From the NCBI GenBank assembly GCA_963847445.1, contig CAWJZV010000004.1, forward strand, positions 1 to 64,000: 64,000 nucleotides of DNA, written 5' to 3'. The notes under the pieces were generated by a model. The model ran no database searches, was not told the origin of the DNA, and saw nothing but the letters and a program-made list of their open reading frames with translations. The translations under genes were made by a program, and so were the position numbers. Source of the stretch: an uncultured delta proteobacterium. GTDB lineage: Bacteria > Desulfobacterota > Binatia > UBA9968. Numbering within the stretch: the stretch's first letter is position 1; each line of letters opens with the position of its first letter. This document shows, piece after piece, positions 22,422-32,657 of this stretch.

Positions 22422-23957
22422 ATGCACATAAGTTCCTGGTTCTCTAGGCGCGGAAAGTTTTTCCATCGTATCCTCATCGTGACCGCGGTTTTTCTCGCGA
22501 TCGGCACGTCTGCACGCCTCTCATCAGCCCAGTCGCGCAGCCGCGTCATCGTCGCCCATGGCGTCGGCATTTATTCCTTGAATCCTTATGCGGTCAACAC
22601 CTCACCGCTGGTGGCCGCCTGGGGTTCGCTCATGGAATCACTCATCGAGCCGGACTACGAGAAGCGCGGCTACCGCGGCGTGTTGGCCGAGTCTTGGCAG
22701 CTCAAAGGCACGCGGCTCGAATTCAAATTGCGCAAGGGCGTGCGCTTTCACGACGGCTCGCCGTTCACCGCCGCCGACGTCATCGCTTCGTTCAAACGCA
22801 TCCTCACCGACAAGAACAGTTTGCAAGCGCCCAATCTTGAAAATGTCAAAGACATGGAGGCGCCCGACCCCCATACGGTCATCATCAACCTGAAAAGACT
22901 CGATGCCAACGTCCTCGAGGACATCAACAACCGGGTCATCATGAAACAAGCGGCAGCGGAAAAAATGGGCGAAGCGGACAATCGGCCCATCGGCACCGGC
23001 CCATTTAAGTTCACCAGTTGGGAGCGCAGCGGCCAATTCGTGATCCGCCGCAACGAAAGCTATTGGGGGCGGCCGGCAATGATCGACGAAGTGGTTTACA
23101 AGGCCATACAGGAAGACGCGGCGCGCATCGCCGCTCTCGAAGCCGGCCAGGTCGATGTCATCAGCAACATTCCGCCGCACGAAGTCGGCCGTTTGAAAGC
23201 CAATCCGCGGCTGCGGGTTCAACAGGTGCAAGGACTGCGGCCGCTCTTTCTCGTGCTGAGCCCGCACTACAAACCGCTCGATAATCCCAAACTGCGGCGC
23301 GCCATGAGCCATGCGATCGATCGCGAGCGGATTATCAAACATATACTGGAAGGCAACGCCTATCCGTTGACCGGCATGCTCAGTCCTCAGGTGTTCGGCT
23401 ACGATCCGGGCGCCAAGGCCTTTGCGTACGATCCGGAAAAAGCCAAGCAACTGCTTGTCGAAGCCGGCTTTCCCAACGGTTTTGAGATCGATTACTTCAG
23501 TCCAACCGGCAGATATCCCAAAGACAAGGAAGTCGCTCTGGTGATTGTCGAGCAGCTTTCCCGCGTCGGCATTAAAGCCAATCTCAAAACGCCGGAATGG
23601 GCGATTTTCAACACCGATTATAAGAAAGGTAAATATCCCATGTACCTGACCGGCCGCGGCAGTCTGGTCGACGCCGACGCGCTATTTCAACAATACTTCA
23701 GAACCGGCGTCACTCCCCGCGTGCTCGGCTACAGCAACCCCAAGCTCGATGAAATCCTCGATCTCGAGCAACAAACCTTCGACAGCAAGAAGCGCGAGAA
23801 ACTGCTGCAAGACGCGCATCGAATCATTCTCGAGGACGCGCCAGCGATTCCGTTATGGAACGCCATGGATATTTACGCCCACCGCGCCGATCTTGTCTGG
23901 ACCGCGCCACCGGACGAGAAGGTGCAATTAAAGCAGGCGAGCTTCAAGACGAAATAG
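22422..23957 (+). CDS. Family 5 (peptide/nickel) ABC substrate-binding protein
   Basis: LAESW, FKLRKGVRFHDGSPFTAADV, PIGTGPF, YDPEKAKQLLVEAGFPNG. Confidence 0.92.
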   Translation: MHISSWFSRRGKFFHRILIVTAVFLAIGTSARLSSAQSRSRVIVAHGVGIYSLNPYAVNTSPLVAAWGSLMESLIEPDYEKRGYRGVLAESWQLKGTRLEFKLRKGVRFHDGSPFTAADVIASFKRILTDKNSLQAPNLENVKDMEAPDPHTVIINLKRLDANVLEDINNRVIMKQAAAEKMGEADNRPIGTGPFKFTSWERSGQFVIRRNESYWGRPAMIDEVVYKAIQEDAARIAALEAGQVDVISNIPPHEVGRLKANPRLRVQQVQGLRPLFLVLSPHYKPLDNPKLRRAMSHAIDRERIIKHILEGNAYPLTGMLSPQVFGYDPGAKAFAYDPEKAKQLLVEAGFPNGFEIDYFSPTGRYPKDKEVALVIVEQLSRVGIKANLKTPEWAIFNTDYKKGKYPMYLTGRGSLVDADALFQQYFRTGVTPRVLGYSNPKLDEILDLEQQTFDSKKREKLLQDAHRIILEDAPAIPLWNAMDIYAHRADLVWTAPPDEKVQLKQASFKTK

Positions 23958-24526
23958 CGCGTGCCGTACGCTCTAAGGCCGTTCGATCGCTCACCGCTGA
24001 TGTGATCGATCGCCATGAGCAACCGCGCCACCGCCGGCCGGTCCGCCGGATCTTGGCTGCGATGGGCGAATAAAATATTTCCCTTGCGATCGATCAGGAA
24101 GTCGCCGCCCGACTGATAAATATCGTCACCCTCATATCGCTCCTGCTTCATGCCGCTGCGCAATAGTTTCCAGTACAACTTCAGCGCCGCCGGCGAGAAG
24201 ACTTGAAACCAGGAGAGCCGTTTCAAAGCGAAGGCTTCATACGCCTTGCGCTCGGGATCGGCGAGCATGATGAACGGCCACTGATGATGCTCTTGATAAC
24301 GCACCAGCTTGGCCGGCTCGGCAAAGGAAACGACCGCGACCGCGACGCCGCGCCGGTCGAACTCGGCATGCTGCTGGCGCACCTCGCCGAGGTGCGCTTG
24401 GCAAGGCAGTCAAGCCAGGTGACGCAGAAAAATCAGCAGGAGATATTTGTCGAATTGTCCGGCGAGATTGACCGGCTTGCCGTCGAGGGTCAGCAGCGGC
24501 AATTGTTCGAGGTCAATCTTTTCCAC
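23873..24526 (-). CDS. Peroxiredoxin-like (AhpC/TSA, SelL/PRXL2-related) selenoprotein, UxxC
   Basis: GTG at 24526 reads VEKIDLEQLPLLTLDGKPVNLAGQFDKYLLLIFLRHLA-UGA(24410-24412)-LPCQAHLGEV in frame into ORF 23873-24382 (DPERKAY..QSGGDF..HRSQDPADRP). The 3' end may be overextended. Confidence 0.82.
24377..24397 (-). promoter_or_regulatory. Bacterial SECIS-like hairpin
   Basis: GCGCACCTC-GGC-GAGGTGCGC, a perfect 9-bp stem starting 12 nt after the in-frame UGA, with G in the loop. Confidence 0.7.
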
Positions 24527-24705
24527 GTCGTTCGACAAAACTTGCCTGGCTTATCCATGTTGTGATACCGGAGGGCGACCACAGGGGCGACCCCCTACAG
24601 TTCGGATTCCCTTTTGTGAACTTTGCGTGGCTCGGTTCCTGCGCATCCGCTCAGGACAAGCTTTGCGGCCAATCATCCGAATCCGTTTCATCTTGGTACA
24701 ATAAC

Positions 24706-24736
24706 AAAAGGGGCGCCCCGACCTAGCGCCCCTTTT
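24706..24736. terminator. Intrinsic terminator of the RRM gene
   Basis: AAAAGGGGCGC-N9-GCGCCCCTTTT. Confidence 0.75.
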
Positions 24737-24762
24737 CGTTGAATCGAAATAGTGACTGAAGA

Positions 24763-25116
24763 CTACCAACGATTGCGGCCACCTCCGCCGCCACCGCCAC
24801 CCCCGCCGCCGCCGCGGCGCTCGCCGCCGCGATCGCCGAAACCACCGCCGCCACCGCCGGGACGTCTTTCCTGGGGACGGGCTTCGTTGACCGTCAGGTT
24901 GCGGCCTTCGAAGTCGGTGCCGTTGAGGGCTTGGATCGCCTTCTGCGCTTCGTCGGAATTGGCCATCTCGACGAAGCCGAAACCGCGCGAACGTCCGGTG
25001 AACTTATCCGTGATCACCCGCGCCGACTCCACCGCGCCGTGGGTCGAGAACAGGTCCTGTAGTTGTGCATCCGTGGTCGCGTACGGCAAACCACCCACGT
25101 AAATTTTACTGCTCAT
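24763..25116 (-). CDS. RRM (RNP-1) RNA-binding protein with Gly-rich tail
   Basis: KIYVGGL, RSRGFGFVEM, LTVNEARPQE, poly-Gly C-terminus; AGGAG upstream of ATG 25116. Confidence 0.95.
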   Translation of the reverse strand: MSSKIYVGGLPYATTDAQLQDLFSTHGAVESARVITDKFTGRSRGFGFVEMANSDEAQKAIQALNGTDFEGRNLTVNEARPQERRPGGGGGGFGDRGGERRGGGGGGGGGGGGRNRW

Positions 25117-25453
25117 GCTCTCTCCTTTTAAACATCGGTTATGGTCTTTGCCCTGAGCACTGATCACCGCTGGCAGCAGAACATGGAGGATAGACACGCT
25201 CTGGTCGGATTGTCCGCGTGGCACCGAACTGCAAGGTAAGACGCCCTAGACCTTCAACTTTACTTTTATTTGTCACTATCAGAAGGCCCCATACTGATGT
25301 GTAAAAAAAGCTTAACTTAATCGGCCCGCCGCGTGCAAGCCTAAAAAGGGTGAAATTTTCGCCCACTAAAGCCCTCACAAACGGTTGCAGCAGCGGCGGT
25401 TTTCGTATTAATGAGGTCTAATCTTAATGGAATTTTACAAGGAGGAGTAGACG

Positions 25454-26210
25454 ATGTATCAAACCAATCAGTACGAAGGCATGATCGCCGAAACCGTGAC
25501 CATGCAAGGACATAAAGGCGAAACCATCAACGCTTACATGGCCCGCCCGCTGGGCGCCGGACCGTTTCCCGGGATGGTCTTGATCCACCATGCGCCCGGC
25601 TGGGACGAATGGTATCGCGAATGCACCCGCCGCTTCGCCCATCATGGCTATGCGACGATCTCGCCCAACCTGTATTTCCGCGACGGCCATGGCACGGCGG
25701 AAGATGTCGGCGCCAAGGTGCGCGCCGCCGGCGGCATCCCCGACGAGCAGGTGTTCGGCGATCTCGACGGCGCCAATAAACTGCTGCGCTCCATGCCCTA
25801 TCTAAACGGCAAGGTCGGCGTCTTCGGCACCTGCTCCGGCGGACGCCATGGCTTTCTCGCCGCCTGCCGGACTCAAAGGGCATCGACGCGCTGGTCGAAT
25901 GCTGGGGCGGCGGCGTGGTCATGAAGGCGGAAGAACTGACGCCGAAAAAACCCGTGGCGCCGATCGACTATACCAAAGATCTTTCCTGCCCGATGATCGG
26001 CTGTTCGGCAACGACGATAAATCGCCGTCGCCGGAACAGGTCAACCAGCATGAAGCCGAACTGAAAAAATGTGGCAAGAACTACGAGTTCCATCGCTACG
26101 ACGGCGCCGGCCATGGATTTTTCTATTACGATCGTCCGGCCTATCGTCAGGAGCAGGCGGTCGACGGTTGGAAAAAAGTCTTGGCCTTCTGCGAGAAAAA
26201 CTTGAAGTAG
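25454..26210 (+). CDS. Dienelactone hydrolase family protein (frameshifts near 25880 and 26000)
   Basis: YMARP..PGMVLIHH, GKVGVFGTCSGG, YDGAGHGF; AGGAGGAG SD. Confidence 0.88.
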
Positions 26211-26228
26211 GCAGCGGAGGATCCGATC

Positions 26229-26519
26229 ATGTGCACAAGTATTACCCATCAAGCAAAAATCTATGGCCGCGGTAAAAGCGGCCAAGAGTGGATTGAGCTC
26301 AAAGAGGCCAATGTCTCCTACGATCATCCCTACGGCATGCCGCTCGAACATGCGCTGAACATCGATTTCGTCGATGAGTCCAAAGGACCCGGCGCCCGCG
26401 TGGCGGTCGAACTGAGCGTCGACGCGGCGCGCCAGTTGGTAAAAACCATCGAAGCCGTGCTCGCGCAAGCCGAGCATCAAGGCGTCTTGGAAGACAAGCA
26501 CCAAGCGGCCGTCGGTTAG
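26229..26519 (+). CDS. DUF6295-like conserved small protein
   Basis: MCTSI..SYDHP..EHALNIDF..GPGARVAVEL; GGAGG SD; directly follows the hydrolase. Confidence 0.7.
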   Translation: MCTSITHQAKIYGRGKSGQEWIELKEANVSYDHPYGMPLEHALNIDFVDESKGPGARVAVELSVDAARQLVKTIEAVLAQAEHQGVLEDKHQAAVG

Positions 26520-26534
26520 TTTGACAAACGAGTC

Positions 26535-26569
26535 GGGGCGGCGAAGCTAATGAACCGCTTCGCCGCCTC
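26535..26569 (+). terminator. Hairpin downstream of the hydrolase operon
   Basis: GGCGGCGAAGC..GCTTCGCCGCC inverted repeat. Confidence 0.5.
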
Positions 26570-26731
26570 GAACACCCTTCGCATTCCTTTTCTACTCGCG
26601 CTATAGCTGTCGGTAACTTTTCAAATTCATCGATCTCGTCCCATTGGCTGATTCAGAAGAAATAAATAACGCGCGCCGAGGCCGCGCCGACGCGCCCCTG
26701 GGCGTCACTGGCGATCCGCGATTATCGCCTC

Positions 26732-27895
26732 ATGTGGATCGCCAGCGTCTGTAACGCGGTGGCGATCCAGGTGCGCAACGTCGCCGGGCTCTATCAGGTC
26801 TACGAAATTTCCGGCTCGGCGTTGCAGTTGGGGCTCACCGGCTTTTTCCAAGCCTTTCCCTTCGTCATCTTCGGACTGTTCGCCGGCGCGGTGGCCGACG
26901 CCTTCGACCGCAAGAAACTCCTCGTCGTCACCGTGGCGATCCAGCTGATCCCGAGTCTTCTGCTCGGCTTCTTGACCATGACCGGGACGATCCAGGTCTG
27001 GCATATTTTCACTCTGGGATTTGTCGGCGCGCTGGTCGAAGTGTTCAACTGGCCGGCGCGTTCGGCATTGATCCCGCGCCTGGTGCCGCCGTCCTACATG
27101 ATGAACGCGGTGACGCTCAACACGATCATCATCCAAACCAGCTTTCTCTTGGGCCCGGCGCTGGGCGGCGTGCTCATCGATCACAGCGGCTTGGTCTTCA
27201 CCTATTTTCTCACCATCGCCATGTTCATCCCCTCCGGCATCGCGATCTTTGCCATGCGCACTTCCGGCGTTCCCGAAGGCGAACGACGCCGGGTTAATCT
27301 GAAAAGCATTTTCGAAGGCATCGAGTTTATCTGGGTGCAGCGAATCATCCTGTCGCTGTTCCTGCTCGACTTCGGCGTCACCTTGGTGGGATTTTATAAA
27401 CCGATCCTGCCGATCTTCGCCGCCGATGTTTTCAAAACCGGCGCATCGGGGTTGGGCATCCTCTACGGCGCGCCGTCGCTCGGCGCCATCGTCGGCTCGG
27501 TGGTCCTATTGATGATCGGCAACGTAAAGCGAATGGGTGTGTTGGTCGTGTGCGCCGCGCTGATCTTTGCCGGCAGCCTGACGCTGCTCGGGCTGTCCAA
27601 TTCGTTTTGGCTGGCGGTCGGCGCGACCCTGATCTTGGGCTTCACCGACTCGGTGAGCGTCGCCATCCGCCGCACCGTCGTGCAGATGCTCGCCCCCGAC
27701 GGCATGTTGGGCCGCGCGTCGAGTTTGATCACCGCCTTCGCCCAAGCGACCAATGGACTAGGCGCCGTCCTCGCCGGCGTCGCCGCCCAGCAAGTCGGCG
27801 CGCCCAACGCGCTCCTGCTCGGCAGCGCGCTCTGCTTCGTCATGATCCTGGGAATCTGCCTGGCGATCCCGCAACTGTGGCGCTACCGGTCGTAA
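26732..27895 (+). CDS. MFS transporter (EntS/MFS_3-like); true start probably slightly upstream
   Basis: Multiple TM helices; GAVADAFDRKK; PARSALIPRLV; MLGRASS. Confidence 0.9.
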   Translation: MWIASVCNAVAIQVRNVAGLYQVYEISGSALQLGLTGFFQAFPFVIFGLFAGAVADAFDRKKLLVVTVAIQLIPSLLLGFLTMTGTIQVWHIFTLGFVGALVEVFNWPARSALIPRLVPPSYMMNAVTLNTIIIQTSFLLGPALGGVLIDHSGLVFTYFLTIAMFIPSGIAIFAMRTSGVPEGERRRVNLKSIFEGIEFIWVQRIILSLFLLDFGVTLVGFYKPILPIFAADVFKTGASGLGILYGAPSLGAIVGSVVLLMIGNVKRMGVLVVCAALIFAGSLTLLGLSNSFWLAVGATLILGFTDSVSVAIRRTVVQMLAPDGMLGRASSLITAFAQATNGLGAVLAGVAAQQVGAPNALLLGSALCFVMILGICLAIPQLWRYRS

Positions 27896-28089
27896 AAAGA
27901 GATGGCCGCAAAGACTGTCCGAGCGAATACGAACGGAATCTCGCGCCAGCGCAAAGAACGCCAAGTTGAGAATGAGTTTTTTCCGGATTGACGCCTGGCG
28001 GGTTTTGCGCGAGATCCCGCCCGCGACAATTGCCGCGTGTTCTTTTTGTGGTAACGTCTTGCCGTGCTTGCCAGGCTCGCTACTCGCGG

Positions 28090-29334
28090 CTAAATAATTC
28101 CCGCGTCTTTGAGCTCTTTCAGCTTCTGCTTCGACAGCCCCAACTCACCGCAGAGAATCTCGTCGTTGTCTTCGCCCAACTTGTGGCCAAGAAAGTCCAC
28201 CGAGCCGGGGGTAGCGGAGAACTTGGGCACGACATTCTGCACGATCGCTTCGCCCAAGTCCGGATCGGGCACGCGCACCATCGCTTCGCGGGCGCGATAC
28301 TGCAGGTCGCGGAAGGCATCTTCCATGTCAAAGACGGCGGAATAGGCCACGCCATGCTTGTCGAAATGCTCGATCACCTCGTCGCGGGTGTGCTGCTCGA
28401 TCCAGCCGCCGACGACACCGTTACACTCGACGGTATTTTCCACCCGCGCCGAATTGTCGATGAACTTGGGATCGGTGGTCATATCTATGCGGCCGATCGC
28501 CTCGGCCAGCCGCAACCAGACGCTCTGCGTGCTCGCGGCAAGCGTCAGGTATTTACCGTCTTTGGTTTTGAACATCGAACTCGGCGCCACGTAGGCTACG
28601 CGATTGCCGGTGCGCTTATGGACGATCTTCATCTGATCGTACTGGATCGGATCGAAGTCGAGGAAACGGAACACCGCTTCATAGAGCGCCAGATCGATCA
28701 TCTGGCCTTCGCCGCCGCGCAGATCTCGGTGATAGAGCGCCATCATCACCGACAGCGAGCCAAAGATACCGGCGATCAAATCGCCCAGCGGATAGCCCGG
28801 CGACATCGGCGGCCCGTCCGGCTCGCCGATCAGATTGGTCAAGCCGCTCATCGCTTCGGCGACCCGGCCGAAGCCGGCGCGGTTCTTATACGGCCCGGTC
28901 TGGCCGAAGCCGGAAATGCGCAGCATGATGACGCGCGGATCGATGGCGCGGATGGCGTCGTAGCCGATGCCCCATTTCTCGAAAGTGCCGGGACGGTAGT
29001 TCTCGACGATGACGTCGCTGCCTTTGACCAACCGTTTGAAGATGTCCGCGCCTTCCGGCTTGCCGAGATCGAGGGTGATGCAGCGCTTGTTGCGCGACAC
29101 CGACTTCCACCACAGCGGGATGCCGTCCATGATCGGTTCGAGCTTGCGCTGGCCGTCGCCGTATTTCGGATGCTCGATTTTAATCACATCGGCGCCAAAG
29201 TCGGCGAGCAACACCGTCGCGAAGGGCGCCGCCACCATGTTGCCGGCGTCGATCACGCGCACGCCTTTGAGGGGTTTGTGTTCGCTCTTTTTGGTCAGCG
29301 GAAAATCATAATGTTCTTTCGCGTAATCAGCCAT
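28090..29334 (-). CDS. CaiB/BaiF (class III) CoA-transferase
   Basis: PLKGVRVID, LLADFGADVIKIEHP, RNKRCITLDL, ENYRPG, SGFGQTGPY. Confidence 0.93.
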   Translation of the reverse strand: MADYAKEHYDFPLTKKSEHKPLKGVRVIDAGNMVAAPFATVLLADFGADVIKIEHPKYGDGQRKLEPIMDGIPLWWKSVSRNKRCITLDLGKPEGADIFKRLVKGSDVIVENYRPGTFEKWGIGYDAIRAIDPRVIMLRISGFGQTGPYKNRAGFGRVAEAMSGLTNLIGEPDGPPMSPGYPLGDLIAGIFGSLSVMMALYHRDLRGGEGQMIDLALYEAVFRFLDFDPIQYDQMKIVHKRTGNRVAYVAPSSMFKTKDGKYLTLAASTQSVWLRLAEAIGRIDMTTDPKFIDNSARVENTVECNGVVGGWIEQHTRDEVIEHFDKHGVAYSAVFDMEDAFRDLQYRAREAMVRVPDPDLGEAIVQNVVPKFSATPGSVDFLGHKLGEDNDEILCGELGLSKQKLKELKDAGII

Positions 29335-29470
29335 TTTATGCTTTGTCCCTCTTTTCAGTCCGGGCATTTTACGCATAAAAAACCTCGGAAATAAACCAGG
29401 CTCGTTTGACGATGCCATCCCGCCTGGCCTATATCCAAACGAGCAAAATTTATCGATGGAGGAATAGGCA

Positions 29471-30250
29471 ATGGCAGAACCCGCAAAGGTAGTTACAGGC
29501 ATCGGCAAAGCCGAATTACATCGCATCCTCGTGCGCGGCTACGATTTGAATAAGGAGTTGGTCGGCCACATCACATTCACCGGCATGACCTCGCTGATCT
29601 TGCGCGGCCGGTTGCCCACCGAGAACGAGGCGAAAATGTTGGACGCCCTGATGATCATCCTGGTCGAGCATGGCATGGTCTCCCACGTCGTCGCGGCGCG
29701 CTTGATCTATCACTGCGCCCCGGAAGCGATGCAGGCGGCCGTGGCCGCGGCGCTGTGCGGCGCCGGCAGCGTCCATTTGGGCTCGTCGGAATGGTCGGCG
29801 AAGATGCTCGCCGACGCCCTGCCCGCCGACACCAAGAATCCCGCTTACGACGAAATCGCCACGAAAATCATCGACGACTACAGCGCGCGCAAACAGCGCA
29901 TGCCCGGCATCGGCCACCGGACTCATGCGGAAGGCGATCCCCGAGCCGAGACGCTTTTCAACATCGCCCGCAGCACCGAAGTCTACGGCAAATATTGCGA
30001 GCTGATTCAGCGGCTATCGAAACTCTCCAGCGACCGGCGCAAGCGCTTGATCCCGGTCAACGTCACCGGCGCCATCGCTGCCATCGCCCTCGACATGGGT
30101 TATCCCTGGCAGATCTCCAAAGCCTTCGCGCTGATCGGTAGAACTTTAGGCGCCATCGGCCATATCGCCGAAGAAATCCAAAACCCCATGGCGCCGCAGA
30201 TCGACCTGGCGATCAAGCAAGCGCTGGTCTACGAACCGGTGCGCACTTAG
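29471..30250 (+). CDS. Citryl-CoA lyase / citrate-synthase-fold protein
   Basis: VRGYDL..LVEHG..GIGHRTH..DPRAE..PVNVTGAIA; 259 aa. Confidence 0.85.
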   Translation: MAEPAKVVTGIGKAELHRILVRGYDLNKELVGHITFTGMTSLILRGRLPTENEAKMLDALMIILVEHGMVSHVVAARLIYHCAPEAMQAAVAAALCGAGSVHLGSSEWSAKMLADALPADTKNPAYDEIATKIIDDYSARKQRMPGIGHRTHAEGDPRAETLFNIARSTEVYGKYCELIQRLSKLSSDRRKRLIPVNVTGAIAAIALDMGYPWQISKAFALIGRTLGAIGHIAEEIQNPMAPQIDLAIKQALVYEPVRT

Positions 30251-30419
30251 ACAGATTCGAGACAGAGACTAGAGACAGAGACCGGAGTCGGAGGAAAGAG
30301 TCGCGCAGCACAACGGAACCATCCGAATCTCTGTCTCTGTCTCTGTCTCTATCTCATCCCCGGTTTGCTCCCGTCCCGCCTTTTTGTTCTAATGCGGCCA
30401 ACTTTGAAGGAGACACTGC

Positions 30420-31181
30420 ATGTCATATCAAAACATTCTGAGCACGCGCGTCGACAAGGTCGCCGTGATCACGTTGAATCGTCCGGAGAAGTTGAACGCC
30501 ATGAGCTACGAGCTCGCCGCCGACCTGGACGAGGAACTCGGCAACATCGAAGGCGACGACGAAGTCCGCTGCGTGGTCCTCACCGGCGCCGGACCGCGGG
30601 CGTTTTCCTCCGGCGGCGATATTCACCAGATGGTCAGATCGACGCCCGAAGAGATGGCCGCGCGCACCGACAAGCGCCGCGAGATGAACTGGCACCTGGC
30701 GACCTTCACCAAGCCGATCGTCGGCGCCATCAACGGCATCGCCTACGGCGCCGGCGCCCAGCTAACGACGATGCTCGACATCCGCATCGGCTGCGAGAAT
30801 AGCGAAATCCAATTCCTTGCCGCCAAGTACGGCCGGGCCAACTCCACCTGGTCGCTGCCGTTAGTAGTGGGCATGGCGAAAGCCAAAGAATTACTCTTTA
30901 CCGGCCGGCCGATCCGCGCCGAAGAAGCCGAGCGCATCGGCCTGCTCAATCAAGTCGTTCCGAGCTCGCAGTTGCTCGACAGCGCCATCGCCATGGCCAA
31001 ACAGATCGGCGACAACGATCCGCGCATGGTCCAAGGCATCAAGAAGCTACTCGACGACGGTGTCGGCGCCCCCTGGCGCGAGCGTTTCGACGCCGAGCAA
31101 AACGCCAGAAAGAACAAGCTCAAGGCCAACTCGCCGCGCGAAGGCTTCAAAGCATTTCTCGAGCGCAAGGGAATCAGCTAA
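30420..31181 (+). CDS. Enoyl-CoA hydratase/isomerase family
   Basis: ITLNRPEKLNA, AFSSGGDI, KPIVGAINGIAYGAG, AEEAERIGL. Confidence 0.92.
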   Translation: MSYQNILSTRVDKVAVITLNRPEKLNAMSYELAADLDEELGNIEGDDEVRCVVLTGAGPRAFSSGGDIHQMVRSTPEEMAARTDKRREMNWHLATFTKPIVGAINGIAYGAGAQLTTMLDIRIGCENSEIQFLAAKYGRANSTWSLPLVVGMAKAKELLFTGRPIRAEEAERIGLLNQVVPSSQLLDSAIAMAKQIGDNDPRMVQGIKKLLDDGVGAPWRERFDAEQNARKNKLKANSPREGFKAFLERKGIS

Positions 31182-31305
31182 ATGTCATGGTTCGTTTTCG
31201 TCATTCCGGCGTAGGCCGGAATCCAGGTTTATACCAGCGAACCGAGGACGAAGATGGATAGCGGCCTGCGCCGGTATGATGGAGTAAAGATTCAGGAGTA
31301 ATCCC

Positions 31306-32461
31306 ATGTCCCTCAGCGTCGCTGAAAACGAACTGATCACCCATGTCGGCCCGGGCACGCCCGGCGGCGAAATGATGCGCCGCTACTGGCACCCCATCGG
31401 CTTCGCCAGCGAGCTCAAAGGCCGGCCGCTGCGGCGCCGCTTGCTTGGCGAGGACTTGGTGCTATTTCGCGACGATCAAGGCAAGCTCGGCATTCTCACC
31501 CTGCGCTGTCCGCACCGCGGCACGTCTCTGGAATTTGGCCATATCGAAGACGGCGGCTTGCGCTGCTGCTACCACGGCTGGCTATTCAACACCGAAGGCA
31601 AGATCTTGCAGATGCCGGGCGAGCCGCTCGACAGCACCTATAAAGACCGGCATCAAGCAAAAAGCCTACAAGCTCGAAGAGCTCGCCGGCATGCTGTTCG
31701 CCTATCTCGGCCCGGAGCCGGCGCCATTGTTGCCGCGCTGGGATGTCATGGTGCGCGAAGACGGCGTGCGCGCATTGGCCGGACGGGTGATGCACTGCAA
31801 TTTTTTGCAGGCAGTCGAGAACAGCGTCGACCAGCATCATTTCAAATGGCTGCACCGCACTCCCAAGACGAGCTTGTGGTCAGGGGAAACACTGACATCC
31901 GATCCCTTTGAATTCGGCATCAAAGCGACCTTCACGCGCACCGTCAGCGCCGGCTCGTTCATGACCAAAAGCTTTTTCCTGTTTCCCAACATGAACAAGG
32001 TCGGCTACCACCTGAACGAAGATCATCCCGCCGCCTTCGCCGCCACCCACGAAGGCTACGAGGCGCTGCGCTGGCGCGTGCCGGTGGACGACACCAACAC
32101 CATGCACTTCACGCTCTACTTCGCGCCGATTGTGAATGGCAAAGTCACGGCGAAAATCCCCAAGGACCAATCCGCCGACGGGTTGGGCGATAGCGTGCTC
32201 GGCAAATACCGTTGGGACGAAGCGACCGGTTGGATCGCCCGCGGCGATCAAGACCGCTGCGCTCAAGAAAGCCAGGGGCCGATCTTCGACCGCAGCGGCG
32301 AGCATCTCGGCGTCTCCGACGAAGGCGTGATTCAATTGCGCCGCATGTTCAGGGATTGCATCGAAGCGGTGCAAGGCGGCAAAGATCCGGTCGGCGTGGT
32401 GCGCGATCCGCTAAAGAACAAAATGATCACCATCGTGCCTGGAGAAATCCAGGTCGCATGA
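31306..32461 (+). CDS. Rieske non-heme iron oxygenase alpha subunit (phthalate 4,5-dioxygenase/LigX-like), frameshift near 31650
   Basis: VGPGTPGGEMMRRYW, CPHRG..CCYHGW, ENSVDQHHFKWLH, QDRCAQESQG. Confidence 0.9.
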
Positions 32462-32657
32462 TCTATTGTTTATGGAATGGCAAAAATTGTCCAAGTCGTC
32501 ATACCGGCGAACGCCGGTATCCAGGAGCGGTGGGGTATGGCGGATAACCTGGATTCCGGCCTCCGCCGGAATGACGGAGTCAGCGAGCAACCAGTTCAGG
32601 TTTATTATTTTTGACTAATTCCGAACGCCGCCACAAGAAATCAAGTCGGAGGAATAC

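Noticed and set aside
24763-24860. GGC/CCG triplet repeat
   Set aside because: Encodes the normal Gly-rich tail of the RRM protein.
27988-29394. 468-aa plus-strand ORF
   Set aside because: Antisense shadow of the CaiB CoA-transferase.
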